The notes beneath the pieces are model-generated. The model did no database searches. It worked only from the letters and a program-made list of their open reading frames with translations, and was not told the DNA's origin. 57,244 nucleotides of DNA from Anaerolineae bacterium. Lineage in GTDB: Bacteria; Chloroflexota; Anaerolineae; Anaerolineales; UBA11657. The translations under genes and the position numbers were made by a program. The stretch is taken from positions 1-57,244 of the forward strand of contig CAUZCX010000001.1 of the NCBI GenBank assembly GCA_963578565.1. The letters run 5' to 3'. How positions within the stretch are numbered: the first letter of the stretch is position 1; each line of letters begins with the position of its first letter. This document shows positions 35,171 through 45,355 of the stretch, in pieces.

Positions 35171-37120
35171 GTGTCCCGACTCGGTCGCAGCGCCAACAAT
35201 ACGGCAATTTTACTCTCACTGGCCGCTTTTGTGCTACGTGTGGTACGTCTGGATTACCGCGCACTGTGGTGGGACGAGGGCCGTAACGTCTTCTTTGCAG
35301 GTGTGGACTGGATCAGCGCTGCCCAAATCGCGGTCCGCAGCGGAGATGTCAATCCGCCGATATACCGGCTGCTACTGGGTGTATGGATGCAGCTGTCCGG
35401 ATCATCTCCTTTTGCTGTGCGGTTGCTCTCGGTTTTTTTCGGGGTGCTTGCGGTGGCTTTGATCTATCGCCTGGCGGCTGCACTGTACCATGAGCGCGTG
35501 GCTGTCATTGCTGGCGCGCTGGCTGCGGTTGCGCCTCCGCTAGTTTACTATTCGCAGGAGGCAAAAGGATACTCCTTGGTCCTACTGGGCACTGTCTGTT
35601 CGGCCTGGCTATGGTTTAGGCTTCACCGTCAGTCCTGCGTCTCATCGGGTGCTGGCCCGTGGGCCTGGTTTGGTATTGCCACGCTGCTGGCGGTCGGGTC
35701 GCACTATTTTGCACTCCTGTTTCTGTTGGTGCAAAACCTGTGGACTGTTGTGTGGTGGCGTGATAATGCCTCCGTTATGACCAAGGTAGGGATGTGGCAG
35801 CATTTGTCCAAATGGGTGAGTGTACAGATCCTAGCAATGGCGCCCTTGCTGGTATATACAGGGTGGTCTGTAGCGGCGCTGATGGGTTCTTCGGCGCGCT
35901 CCTTATTCGGCGTAAGTATGCCGGCTTGGCCGCGTTTGGCAGATATGGCGCGCTGGGGTGCGACCAGCGTTGCGCAATGGTCCCACCCCAGCTCGCACCT
36001 ACTGATTTTTCTTCGTGCGTTCGGGCACGAAATCGCGGGTGGTCCAGCGGCTACGCTTATTTTGGCTAGCGCCGCCGGGATTGTGCTCCTAGTACTAATC
36101 GTGGCGAGTTGGCCTGATTGTACGTCTAGCGGGTTCCACCGAGCTAACTGGGCTCTATGGCTGGGAGCTCCGCTTCTGCTGAGCGTATTTTTTTCGCTGC
36201 GCTTCAGTTATTATTTCCCCCGATTTCTGATTTTCATCTTACCATGCGTGCTGCTGCTGGCCGCGGTAGGAGCGGAGCGATTGTGGCGGCGCAGCCGAGC
36301 AGCGGCACTGCCATTGGGGTTGTTTCTTTTCGGTTTATGGGCGGCGGTGCTCGCTGGTCATTACTTGGACCCTGGGGATCCAGATGAAGACTGGCGTGGG
36401 TTAGCGCAACGCTTCGCGCAGCTACAGCGACGCGGCGATCTGGTCGTGCATTCCTATGATTGGATTCAGGGTTACCTGCACTCGTATCTGCTCCCTACCG
36501 CGCAACCGGATTATCTTTTCTTTTCTAGCGCAGAGGTCGAGGTGTTGGAGCAAGTGGCGCGGCCTCACTCTAGAGTGTGGTTTCTGGATTATCAGACTAC
36601 ACCCTTCGCGATCGGCAATCGAGCCGGAGAATGGATGCGAGAGCATTACGGGCTCGCGGCCAGCGAGACTTTCGGCCATGCGACTCTAACCCTTTTTGCC
36701 CGACCGGTCGTCGCGGATGCATTTAGTGAGAGTGTGCGGTTCTCCAACGGGATTGGATTGCGCTGGCGCGGCTTAGCAACCCAGGTGACATCGGGCGATG
36801 TGCTCGTGGTGGAGATTATCTGGCGTGCTCCATCCGTGCCCGTGGACGCCTATCAGGTTTTTATGCATCTTCTGGACGAGGATGGTATTCTGTGGGTCGG
36901 GCGCGATGGCGGGCCAGCGAATGACCTTCGGCCTACCGTCAGCTGGCAGCGCGCAGAAAGTGTGCGCAGCCCACACGCAATACTGCTGCCGCTCGAGTTA
37001 CCGGCCGGTGAGTATCAGCTCCACGTCGGTATGTACAGCCTAGAATACGGAACGCGTCTGTTGACGAGCGCGGGCTCCGATTCTGTTCTGATAGGTAGGG
37101 TACAGGTTTCATCACCCTAA
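35171..37120 (+). CDS. Polytopic membrane glycosyltransferase, GT39/ArnT-PMT_2-like
   Basis: RALWWDEG motif after the first TM, more than 10 TM helices, soluble C-terminal domain. I place the start at GTG 35171 so it does not overlap the divergent methyltransferase. Confidence 0.7.
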   Translation: MSRLGRSANNTAILLSLAAFVLRVVRLDYRALWWDEGRNVFFAGVDWISAAQIAVRSGDVNPPIYRLLLGVWMQLSGSSPFAVRLLSVFFGVLAVALIYRLAAALYHERVAVIAGALAAVAPPLVYYSQEAKGYSLVLLGTVCSAWLWFRLHRQSCVSSGAGPWAWFGIATLLAVGSHYFALLFLLVQNLWTVVWWRDNASVMTKVGMWQHLSKWVSVQILAMAPLLVYTGWSVAALMGSSARSLFGVSMPAWPRLADMARWGATSVAQWSHPSSHLLIFLRAFGHEIAGGPAATLILASAAGIVLLVLIVASWPDCTSSGFHRANWALWLGAPLLLSVFFSLRFSYYFPRFLIFILPCVLLLAAVGAERLWRRSRAAALPLGLFLFGLWAAVLAGHYLDPGDPDEDWRGLAQRFAQLQRRGDLVVHSYDWIQGYLHSYLLPTAQPDYLFFSSAEVEVLEQVARPHSRVWFLDYQTTPFAIGNRAGEWMREHYGLAASETFGHATLTLFARPVVADAFSESVRFSNGIGLRWRGLATQVTSGDVLVVEIIWRAPSVPVDAYQVFMHLLDEDGILWVGRDGGPANDLRPTVSWQRAESVRSPHAILLPLELPAGEYQLHVGMYSLEYGTRLLTSAGSDSVLIGRVQVSSP

Positions 37121-37130
37121 GGCAGTGCAC

Positions 37131-38177
37131 TCATGACAGCCACTTCATCAGACGGATAATGCCCATTTGCGCTGGTCTGCGGTGCGATGAAGCATAGCGC
37201 CGCTGCGCGATTTCGGCTCGATGATGGCTGTAATATTGGTAAGCGCGCAGCAGCATCTCGCTGTTACTGAGCGTAGGCTTCCAGCCCAACACTGCCTTAA
37301 TGCGGCTGGTGTCAAATTGAAAATCCTCAGCGATCATTTTGTATTGATAGGGCCCTAGTGGTGATAGCCGCAGCCAGTGTGCCACTCGCATTGCGAGCAA
37401 CGTGGGCGTTTTTGGTAGGGGGCGCACTCTCGAGCCGGTGGCGGCGTGATCGATGACATACTGGTATACACTACGTAGCGGCTCTACATTGTCAGAGCCG
37501 ACATTGAAGACGCATGCCCCTTGGTAGTGCATCGCGCGCATGCAAGCATCCGCAAGGTCGGGCGCGAAAACGAACTGATAGCGGTTCTCGCCCGTGCCAA
37601 CAGTCCAGATGGTGCGTCCCTCGTCGATGAACTCGAAGAGGATGGCCAGCAAGCCTAGGCGACCGCTGTCAACTATGGTAGGGCAGCGCAGGATGACCAC
37701 GTTCAATTGGTCGGAGTAGTCTAGCAATATTTTTTCTGCTTCCCATTTTGACTTGCCGTAAATCTCTATAGGGTCGGGCGGGTCGTCCTCGCGCACCGAT
37801 CGGGCGAAACTGTGACCCCACAGGCAGTTAGATGAAGTGAACACTATGCTGGCCGTGCCACTATCAGCTGCCACTTGTGCGATGTTGCGGGTACCCTCTA
37901 CGTTTGATTGCCAGAGCGCTGTATGGTCGGGGATGTCGTGTGCAAGCATGGCGGCACAGTGAAAAACCGCATCGAAATGGTGCGCCGTAAAGATACGCTC
38001 CAGCAGCTCGCGGTCGCGGATATCACCCTGCACCGAGATAAGATTAGGATGTCGCTGTTCATCCTTCTGCAGATCTACACTCACGCATGTTGCACCGTGC
38101 TCGAGCAGTTCTCGCTTGAGGACGGTGCCGAAGAATCCGGCGCCGCCGGTGAGCAGCACGGGTCTGTTCTCGGTCAT
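37131..38177 (-). CDS. NAD-dependent epimerase/dehydratase (extended SDR)
   Basis: VLLTGGAGFFG Rossmann motif and YGKSKWEAE (YxxxK). Confidence 0.85.
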   Translation of the reverse strand: MTENRPVLLTGGAGFFGTVLKRELLEHGATCVSVDLQKDEQRHPNLISVQGDIRDRELLERIFTAHHFDAVFHCAAMLAHDIPDHTALWQSNVEGTRNIAQVAADSGTASIVFTSSNCLWGHSFARSVREDDPPDPIEIYGKSKWEAEKILLDYSDQLNVVILRCPTIVDSGRLGLLAILFEFIDEGRTIWTVGTGENRYQFVFAPDLADACMRAMHYQGACVFNVGSDNVEPLRSVYQYVIDHAATGSRVRPLPKTPTLLAMRVAHWLRLSPLGPYQYKMIAEDFQFDTSRIKAVLGWKPTLSNSEMLLRAYQYYSHHRAEIAQRRYASSHRRPAQMGIIRLMKWLS

Positions 38178-38373
38178 GGTTTTCCTGCCCTTGACGCTAT
38201 GTCATTATAACCCCGCACGGTGCTCACGCTACAGCGGAGTTCAGATTAAGACTTGACAGTTATAGTGGTGCTAGATACTCTATGTGTAGTTGCCCTGGCA
38301 TGGCGGTAGTTTGCCGGGGCATTTTGCTCTGAACTTTTTGAAGACAATGCAGGAATTGATACGCAACAAAGCA

Positions 38374-40545
38374 ATGAAATTTTTCTTCCAGTCAGCGGCG
38401 TGGTTACTTGCACTGTGCGTTTTGGGATGGTCTCACGGAATTGTGCGGGCGGCGCAGCCAGAGCAAGCATCGAGTGTAGATGCGCAATGTGTCAGCGCTG
38501 CGTTGACAGTGCAGGTACGCTCCGGGCCGGGGACCGAGTATCTTCAGGTTGGCTCGCTCGCAACTGGAGTGGCGGTGAACGTGGCCGAGTCCGCGGCTGG
38601 CTGGTATCGGCTTGCGGAGGGCAGCGCGGCGCAGGGTTGGGTAGCCGCCCGGCTGTTTGCGCCGTGCGACCCCACCGTGAGTCCTATGTCCGGCGGAAAG
38701 AGCGAAGCGGAAATGCGCAGTGAGCTTGCCGCCGCCGGGTACCCTTTCGCGGGTACGGCCGGCGTGGATGAAATTCAGAGAGTGTATGCGCAGACGGCTG
38801 TAGAATATGTTGGGGGTGTAATTGTGGAGGGCAGCGCCGCTGGGTACCATCCGGCCGGTAGTCCGCTGTTCACGCGCTGGGCGGCGCAGGTTTCGCCGAC
38901 AAACTCGCTCCCCGAATACCCACGTCCACAGCTGGTGCGCCCGCGGTGGCTGAGCCTGAATGGGATGTGGGAGTTTCAGCAGGCGCAGGCCGATGATGTT
39001 CCACCCATCGGCCGGTCTCTGGCAGAAAAAATTCTGGTGCCTTTTCCGGTTGAATCGGCTTTATCTGGGGTGATGCGTCACGTTGACCGCGCGTGGTATC
39101 GGCGGGTGTTTGAACTTCCATCAGTGTGGGCAGGGCAGCGCGTGTTGCTGCATTTCGGCGCGGTGGATTGGGAGGCCAGCGTATACGTCAACGGGCAGCC
39201 ACTCGGCACCCATCAGGGTGGCTACGATTCTTTCGAATTTGATATTACCGATGTTCTTCGGCCGGAGGGATCGCAGGAGATTGTGGTGGGCATCTTCGAT
39301 CCGACCGACAGCGGTGAGCAGCCGCGCGGAAAACAGGTGCACAAACCGGTCGATATCTGGTACACTGCATCCACCGGAATCTGGCAAACGGTGTGGTTGG
39401 AGCCGGTTCCCGCCACGCGCGTGGCAAGCCTGCGTATCACCCCTGACGTCGATCTTGGCGGTGTGCTCGTGGAGGTGAACGTTACCGGTGGTGCTGGTGC
39501 GGCATGGGCTCAAGTCGCGGTCAATATAGATGGTCATTCTGTGGCGGTGCAATCCGGGTCGGCGTCCGGAGGGTTTTTCCTGCCAATCCCCAATGTAATT
39601 CTGTGGTCGCCTGCGAATCCACATCTGTATGATCTGGAAGTTAAGCTGTTTGGAGATGGTGCCTTAATCGATAATGTGGGTAGCTACTTTGGCATGCGCA
39701 AGATTTCAACCGCTCCGGTTGACGGTGTTCCGCGGATGCATCTCAACGGGCAACCGCTCTTTCAGGTGGGTGTGCTAGACCAGGGTTATTGGCCGGATGG
39801 CCTTTACACAGCGCCCACCGATGATGCCCTCCGCTACGATATTGAAACAGCGCGTGCCCTCGGTTACAACCTCATCCGCAAACACATGAAGGTCGAGCCG
39901 GCGCGTTGGTACTATTGGGCGGACCGGCTAGGGATGCTGGTCTGGCAGGACATGCCTATGGGGAACAATTGGTCTGAATGGGGTCGCGAGCATTATCGTG
40001 ATGAACTTGGCCGCATGCTTGCGCAGCTGCACAATCATCCATCGGTGATTACATGGGTGCTCTTTAATGAGCGCTGGGGCGAATTCGATGTGGCGAACAT
40101 GGCTGCTACGGTCAAGTCGCTAGACCCGACGCGGCTGGTAATTGGCGCAACTGGTTATGCCGATCAGGGTGTGGGCGATGCAATTAGTTTTCACTCCTAT
40201 AACCGGGTGGAATTTCCCGCGGTGGGGACCGGCGCGGCGCGCGTGCTGGCTGAGTGGGGCGGCTTAGGTTGGCCGCTGAGCGGGCATCTGTGGGCAGCCG
40301 ATGATTTGCGTTGGGCGGAGCCCACTTATGTAGAATCGGCACCAAGCGCAGTCGGGCTGCTGGCACGATACAGCCATTATACCTATCAAATCAGCGCATT
40401 GCGTGACAATATCGGGCTTAGCGCGGCGGTGTATTCACAACTTACCGATGTTGAAAGGGAAACCACCGGTTGGCTCACTTACGACCGGGAAGTGACGAAA
40501 GCGGACGCAGGACATGTCCGTGCCATCAACAGCCTGTTGGACTGA
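38374..40545 (+). CDS. Secreted glycoside hydrolase family 2-like enzyme with an N-terminal SH3b-like domain
   Basis: Signal peptide MKFFFQSAAWLLALCVLG. SH3b-like LTVQVRSGPGTEYLQVGSLATG...GWVAARLF. GH2 sugar-binding start LSLNGMWEF...VPFPVES. NLIRKHMKVE and VLFNERWGE blocks. Start chosen at ATG 38374. Confidence 0.75.
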   Translation: MKFFFQSAAWLLALCVLGWSHGIVRAAQPEQASSVDAQCVSAALTVQVRSGPGTEYLQVGSLATGVAVNVAESAAGWYRLAEGSAAQGWVAARLFAPCDPTVSPMSGGKSEAEMRSELAAAGYPFAGTAGVDEIQRVYAQTAVEYVGGVIVEGSAAGYHPAGSPLFTRWAAQVSPTNSLPEYPRPQLVRPRWLSLNGMWEFQQAQADDVPPIGRSLAEKILVPFPVESALSGVMRHVDRAWYRRVFELPSVWAGQRVLLHFGAVDWEASVYVNGQPLGTHQGGYDSFEFDITDVLRPEGSQEIVVGIFDPTDSGEQPRGKQVHKPVDIWYTASTGIWQTVWLEPVPATRVASLRITPDVDLGGVLVEVNVTGGAGAAWAQVAVNIDGHSVAVQSGSASGGFFLPIPNVILWSPANPHLYDLEVKLFGDGALIDNVGSYFGMRKISTAPVDGVPRMHLNGQPLFQVGVLDQGYWPDGLYTAPTDDALRYDIETARALGYNLIRKHMKVEPARWYYWADRLGMLVWQDMPMGNNWSEWGREHYRDELGRMLAQLHNHPSVITWVLFNERWGEFDVANMAATVKSLDPTRLVIGATGYADQGVGDAISFHSYNRVEFPAVGTGAARVLAEWGGLGWPLSGHLWAADDLRWAEPTYVESAPSAVGLLARYSHYTYQISALRDNIGLSAAVYSQLTDVERETTGWLTYDREVTKADAGHVRAINSLLD

Positions 40546-40554
40546 TCAGTACAC

Positions 40555-41682
40555 TCAGTTGGCAGCGCGTTGATATATGCGCAGGGTCTCGCGCGCAGTC
40601 TGTCCCCAGCTGAAGCGCGCAGCCTGCTTCAATCCACGCGCACGCAGCTCGCTCGCGAGTTCGGTGTCAACGATCGTGCTGATGATCGCCGCTCCTAGTT
40701 TACGCGTATCGGACGGGTCAGAAACTAGATAGGCAGCATCACCCACTACCTCAGGGAGAGAGGCAGCTCCGGTGGTGACCACTGGTACGCCGCACGCCAT
40801 GGCTTCCAATGGCGGCAAGCCAAAACCCTCGTAACTGGAAGGAAAGACAAAGCAGCTGGCGCCCTGATACAGCGCTGGCTTGTCGGACTCAGTCACAGCG
40901 CCGATGAAGCGCACGCTTTCGGCGGTTCCTTGCTGGGATGTGAGCGCGGGCAGGTCCTGATACAGGCGTTTATCCGGGCGCACTGGGAGATGACCAGCAA
41001 TTACAAGCTGGCATCCATCGGGCATTGCCGAGTGCGCCCATGTCCACGCCGTTAGCAGGTGATGCACGTTTTTTCGGCGTTGGAATCCGCCCAGATACAG
41101 CACGTAGGCCTCGGGCAGTCCGTATTTTGCTTGTAGGCTGCTGATAGGTTGTGTTCCTACTGGTGGCGTAAACTGTGCCTCGGCTGCGAGATGTACCGTG
41201 TGAACGCGGTCGGCGGGCAAGTGAAGGCGAGAGAGGATGTCACAGCGGGAGCTGTGCGAGTCGGCGATGACCTGCGTCGCGCCGCGAGTGCCGGCAGCCG
41301 CCAGGGCGGTGTAACATCGTTTCGGCAGTGAGCCGCGATGTTCTGGGAGCAGCAGTGGGATGATGTCGTGCACCGTGACCACCAGCGGTGTGGGTGATCG
41401 CAATGGCGGTGCCCAGTAGGGAATGTGGACCACATCTGCCTGCAGCTGCCGGGCTGCACGTGGTATTTCCAGTTGCTCAAATCGTAGCTTGGCCAGCGGT
41501 TTGCTTCTCGCGGCCCGTACATGCAGCTGCCAGCCTGGCGGCGGCGGGCTCGGTTGTGGTACGATCACATGTAGGTCGAGGTCAGCCGCCTGTGCAGGCA
41601 TATGGCGAAGCAGCGCATGCAGATATTGTCCTGAACCTGTATCTGTACGCGATAGGAACCAACCGTTGACGATCACTCGCAT
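40555..41682 (-). CDS. Glycosyltransferase family 4 (GT-B)
   Basis: FVFPSSYEGFGLPPLEAMACGVPVV motif and a typical N-terminal MRVIVNGWF. Confidence 0.8.
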   Translation of the reverse strand: MRVIVNGWFLSRTDTGSGQYLHALLRHMPAQAADLDLHVIVPQPSPPPPGWQLHVRAARSKPLAKLRFEQLEIPRAARQLQADVVHIPYWAPPLRSPTPLVVTVHDIIPLLLPEHRGSLPKRCYTALAAAGTRGATQVIADSHSSRCDILSRLHLPADRVHTVHLAAEAQFTPPVGTQPISSLQAKYGLPEAYVLYLGGFQRRKNVHHLLTAWTWAHSAMPDGCQLVIAGHLPVRPDKRLYQDLPALTSQQGTAESVRFIGAVTESDKPALYQGASCFVFPSSYEGFGLPPLEAMACGVPVVTTGAASLPEVVGDAAYLVSDPSDTRKLGAAIISTIVDTELASELRARGLKQAARFSWGQTARETLRIYQRAAN

Positions 41683-41793
41683 TGCGGCTGCCCGGGTGCG
41701 AGTGTGGATAATCCCAGCCTAGACAAAAACGCCTCGCTTGGTTAAAATTGATGTCTCACAACAATAAGCGAAGTTTTGACTGAGGGGATACCA

Positions 41794-42066
41794 GTGGCAA
41801 ATATAAGATCTGCGCAAAAGCGCATTCGTGCTGATGCCAGAAAAACGGAACGCAATCGAAGTCGTAAGGCGGAGGTGCAAACCGCGGTGCGGCGCGCTCG
41901 CGAGGCTCTGGAGGACAAGCAGGTAGAAACGGCGCGGGTGGAGGTGCTGAACGCGGTCAGCAAGTTGGATAAGGCTGCTGAAAACGGTCTCATTCATCGT
42001 AACAATGCCTCTCGGCGCAAGGGCAGCCTTATGCGCAGCTTGGCCGTTCTGGAGGCCGAAGCCTGA
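41794..42066 (+). CDS. rpsT: 30S ribosomal protein S20
   Basis: ANIRSAQKRIRADARKTERNRSRK. GTG 41794 preceded by GAGGGG (41782-41787). Confidence 0.9.
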   Translation: MANIRSAQKRIRADARKTERNRSRKAEVQTAVRRAREALEDKQVETARVEVLNAVSKLDKAAENGLIHRNNASRRKGSLMRSLAVLEAEA

Positions 42067-42102
42067 CGCCGCCGCGGTATATTGCCTTTTTCTGTCTAAA
42101 GC

Positions 42103-42130
42103 AACCCGCCAATGCTTCCGGTGGGTTATT
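42103..42130 (+). terminator. Candidate intrinsic terminator after rpsT
   Basis: AACCCGCC / GGUGGGUU 8-bp stem (one G-U pair) with a 9-nt loop, followed by AUU. The U-tract is poor. Confidence 0.4.
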
Positions 42131-42202
42131 GCATTAATCCTGCACGCAGCGCCGGTCGACCACGCGTGTGACGGGGTTGCTGCTGATAATCAGGCATTGG
42201 TC

Positions 42203-42880
42203 TCAGGCATTCTTCGCACCGGAAAGATCGAGGCGATAACCTTCTCCCCGTACGGTCTGAAGCAATCGGGGTTGCAGGGGGTTCTTTTCAATTGCTCGCC
42301 GCAGCCAGCTGATGTGCACATCGAGCGTGCGCGTGTCTCCGAGGTAGTCGGTTTCCCATACATGTTTTATCAGGTACTTGCGAGAGACCGTGTTGCCGGC
42401 GCGATTCAGCAACACCTGCAACAGTCGGGTCTCTTTTGGCGTCAGACGTTTTTCTTCACCCCAGCACTGCACTCGGCGCTGCTTGACGCTTAACCGCAGC
42501 GGCCCGATATGACGCCAATTTCCTTCGGGGAGCGGGTGCAGTCGTTTCACTGCGTTAAGCACCTTGCGCCCGGTGAATGGCTGCACAAGCGTTATGTCCG
42601 CGCCCCATTTCGAGTCTGGTGTGATGTGGCTTTCCACTAGGTGTATCAAGCGGCATGGGTGACAGGTGCGGCGGATGCGGAAGCACATGCGGTTACCGAC
42701 CGTGCGCATGGACGCAGAATCTAGAATGATGATGTCAGGCATAAGGCGGTTGGCATGCTTTATCGCGGTTGAGACTTTGTTCGCTATGTACAATGCGTAT
42801 CCACTTTTCTCCAAATCAACAGAAAAGGAAGCCGCAGTTTTCCTGTGTGTTTCAATCAGCAGCAGATTTACTACCGTCAT
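42203..42880 (-). CDS. OmpR/PhoB-family response regulator with an atypical receiver domain, no adjacent kinase
   Basis: Winged-helix LTPKETRLLQVLL...VRGEGYRL. The receiver retains the IIILD Asp but has LLIETH for the acidic pair and LVQPF for the conserved KPF. Confidence 0.8.
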   Translation of the reverse strand: MTVVNLLLIETHRKTAASFSVDLEKSGYALYIANKVSTAIKHANRLMPDIIILDSASMRTVGNRMCFRIRRTCHPCRLIHLVESHITPDSKWGADITLVQPFTGRKVLNAVKRLHPLPEGNWRHIGPLRLSVKQRRVQCWGEEKRLTPKETRLLQVLLNRAGNTVSRKYLIKHVWETDYLGDTRTLDVHISWLRRAIEKNPLQPRLLQTVRGEGYRLDLSGAKNA

Positions 42881-43051
42881 ATGTTAACTTGGTGTTTTAG
42901 GTAAGTCATGTTTATTGAAACCGCACCAAATCTGGAGAACTGTGCGGGTTAGGAACCGCATTATACAAAACCATTGTTAGGGATGCAAGGTGCCGTGCCG
43001 GAGGCTGTCGGCGGCTAGCAGTGCTCGCTGGGGTGTATAATCGTGAGAACA

Positions 43052-44518
43052 ATGTGGAAGCAACCTGTAACCAAAGTTTTGCGCAAAACCAGAATCATCT
43101 GTACCATCGGCCCGGCTTCGCAATCTGATGATAGGTTGGCCGCGTTGATTGCAGCAGGCATGAACGTGGCCCGGCTTAATTTCTCTTACGACACGCATGA
43201 TGACCACGCGGATGTCATCAACCGGATCCGCAGAATCGCTGCTGACATGGGGAAACCGGTGGCAATTTTGCAGGATTTGCAAGGACCGCGCATTCGCATA
43301 GGTACCTTCGAGCATGGTACCACAGTTGAGCTGCAAGCCGGCGCTCCCTTCACTATCACCACGCAGGTGGTGGCAGGAAACAGGGAGCGAGTAAGCACCA
43401 CTTATGCGGGCCTGCCCGCCGATGTGCAGCGTGGCGACAGGATACTACTCGATGATGGAAATCTGGAGTTGCAGGTGGAAATCGCCCGTGACACTGAGGT
43501 GGTGACGCGCGTGAAAGTAGGCGGGACCTTGCGGGCGCGTAAGGGTATCAACCTTCCGGGCGTGCACATGGCAATTCAGGGCCTGACGGAAAAGGACCGC
43601 GTAGACCTCGCCTTCGGGCTTGAGAAAGGGGTCGATTATGTTGCTGTCTCTTTCGTGCAGAATGAACAGGACCTTGTGAATGTGCGTACCGCCATGCGCG
43701 AAATTAATCTTGAACGTGCGAACACTCCCATCATCGCAAAATTGGAGCGGCCAGCTGCTCTCGACAATCTGCCGCAGATACTTGACCATTGCGAGGGAGT
43801 GATGGTGGCGCGCGGTGACCTCGGGGTGGAAATCAGCGCACAGAAAGTTCCCTCGGCGCAAAAGTACATTATTGCGTTTGCCAACGAGCGCGGCAAGCTT
43901 GTGGTGACGGCAACGCAGATGCTTGAGAGCATGATTAATTCGCCGCGCCCTACGCGCGCGGAGGCATCCGATGTGGCAAACGCGATTTTCGATGGTACCG
44001 ATGCGGTCATGCTTTCAGCCGAAACTGCGGTGGGTAAATATCCGCTGGAATCCGTCCGCACAATTGTGGAGATAATCGAAGAGGCCGAGCAACACGAGAG
44101 TGAATGGGGGTACAGCAGCGAACATGAGGGACTGCGGACCACACCAATCACGGCAGTGGCGCTTGCGCGTGCGGCGCGCGACCTGGCACACACACTTAAT
44201 GCTGATGCCATAGTCGTCTTCACGCGCAGTGGCCGTAACGTGCGTCTGGTTTCCAAAACACGTCCTAAGGTGCCGATAATGGCTTTCACCGTAGACGCAG
44301 AAACTTACACCCGCATGGCTTTGTTTCGTGGGGCGATACCCTTTCAGGTGCCGCGTGCGATGACGCTTGAAGAAATTATTAGGTCTGCTGAACATGTACT
44401 GCTCCAATCGTCTCGGCTGGAGGTCGGGGATCAGATTGTTATCATTGCTGGAATCCCAATCGTGGAGATGCGTTCAGCGAACAACTTATTGCTGCACACT
44501 ATTGGTGGCGAAATCTGA
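43052..44518 (+). CDS. pyk: Pyruvate kinase
   Basis: RKTRIICTIGPAS, MNVARLNFSYDTHDDH, MVARGDLGVEI and TQMLESM blocks. ATG 43052 is preferred over GTG 43043. Confidence 0.9.
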   Translation: MWKQPVTKVLRKTRIICTIGPASQSDDRLAALIAAGMNVARLNFSYDTHDDHADVINRIRRIAADMGKPVAILQDLQGPRIRIGTFEHGTTVELQAGAPFTITTQVVAGNRERVSTTYAGLPADVQRGDRILLDDGNLELQVEIARDTEVVTRVKVGGTLRARKGINLPGVHMAIQGLTEKDRVDLAFGLEKGVDYVAVSFVQNEQDLVNVRTAMREINLERANTPIIAKLERPAALDNLPQILDHCEGVMVARGDLGVEISAQKVPSAQKYIIAFANERGKLVVTATQMLESMINSPRPTRAEASDVANAIFDGTDAVMLSAETAVGKYPLESVRTIVEIIEEAEQHESEWGYSSEHEGLRTTPITAVALARAARDLAHTLNADAIVVFTRSGRNVRLVSKTRPKVPIMAFTVDAETYTRMALFRGAIPFQVPRAMTLEEIIRSAEHVLLQSSRLEVGDQIVIIAGIPIVEMRSANNLLLHTIGGEI

Positions 44519-44534
44519 GCAGAACGGCGCGGCG

Positions 44535-45179
44535 TCAGCCTTGCGGGTTCTGGTAGGCCTGGATGCGGAAACGCATCAACTGCGCCTCAATCATGCCATC
44601 AATGAGATCGGGCGGTACGCGGATCCCGTGCTGGGCAAGATAATCTGTCGCTAGGTTGACGGCATACGTCTTTTTTTCCTCAGCGAGGTTCAAACCGGAT
44701 TCTAGGGCGCGACGTTTTAACCCGCTTTGCTCGGCGGCAAGCACGGCTGTGCGCGCGGCTCTGGAGAGCAAAGCTGAGCGCACTTGGGCGGAGTCTGAGG
44801 ACCCGGATGAGTTGTGAAACTGGCGCATCACCTCCGCTTCAATTAGGCCGGCAATTGAAGCGGCGTCCATATTAATGTCAAGGCGGCGGAAATAACCGCG
44901 TGCCATGGCCATCGCGAATTTCTTTTTCTCAGGCCCGGAAACAAGCACACCGTTGTTGGCATTTTGCTCGGCGGCGCGCACCACAAGGTCTCCCACAGCC
45001 TGCACCATCTGCAATTGCTGGTTGTTCAGACGCTGAGAGAGTTCTTTGGAGCGCGAGCGGAGCCATGATGCAATAGAGGCCACTACGAACGGGAGGGCAG
45101 CTGTCAACAGCCCGGCGGCTAGCAAACCGATAAAACTCATCACTGTCTCGGATAGGTTCTTGACGGTCTCGGCGTTCAT
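44535..45179 (-). CDS. Membrane-anchored protein with a duplicated LL-H-holin-like module
   Basis: One N-terminal TM (FIGLLAAGLLTAALPFVVASIASWL). Two related segments follow: EKKKFAMAMARGYFRRLDINMDAASIAGLIEAEVMRQF and EEKKTYAVNLATDYLAQHGIRVPPDLIDGMIEAQLMRFR. The pattern recalls the Holin_LLH family. Confidence 0.45.
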   Translation of the reverse strand: MNAETVKNLSETVMSFIGLLAAGLLTAALPFVVASIASWLRSRSKELSQRLNNQQLQMVQAVGDLVVRAAEQNANNGVLVSGPEKKKFAMAMARGYFRRLDINMDAASIAGLIEAEVMRQFHNSSGSSDSAQVRSALLSRAARTAVLAAEQSGLKRRALESGLNLAEEKKTYAVNLATDYLAQHGIRVPPDLIDGMIEAQLMRFRIQAYQNPQG

Positions 45180-45355
45180 GGTTATTGTTCGTTCTCAGCA
45201 CGGACGAACGTATACTGGAGAGATTATAGCCCACACTTGTATCGGGTTGCAATAAATAAAGCGGGCTGGATACTCTTCAATTGGAGCGATCAAGCGCTGG
45301 GGCTACATCCACCCACCGCACCCGCATTCATTGCAAGAAATATGCCCTTCCGTGC

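Noticed and set aside
43636-44289. 217-aa ORF antisense inside pyruvate kinase.
   Set aside because: It lies wholly within pyk on the opposite strand and has a Ser/Ala/Arg-rich composition with no motif. It is a high-GC antisense artefact.
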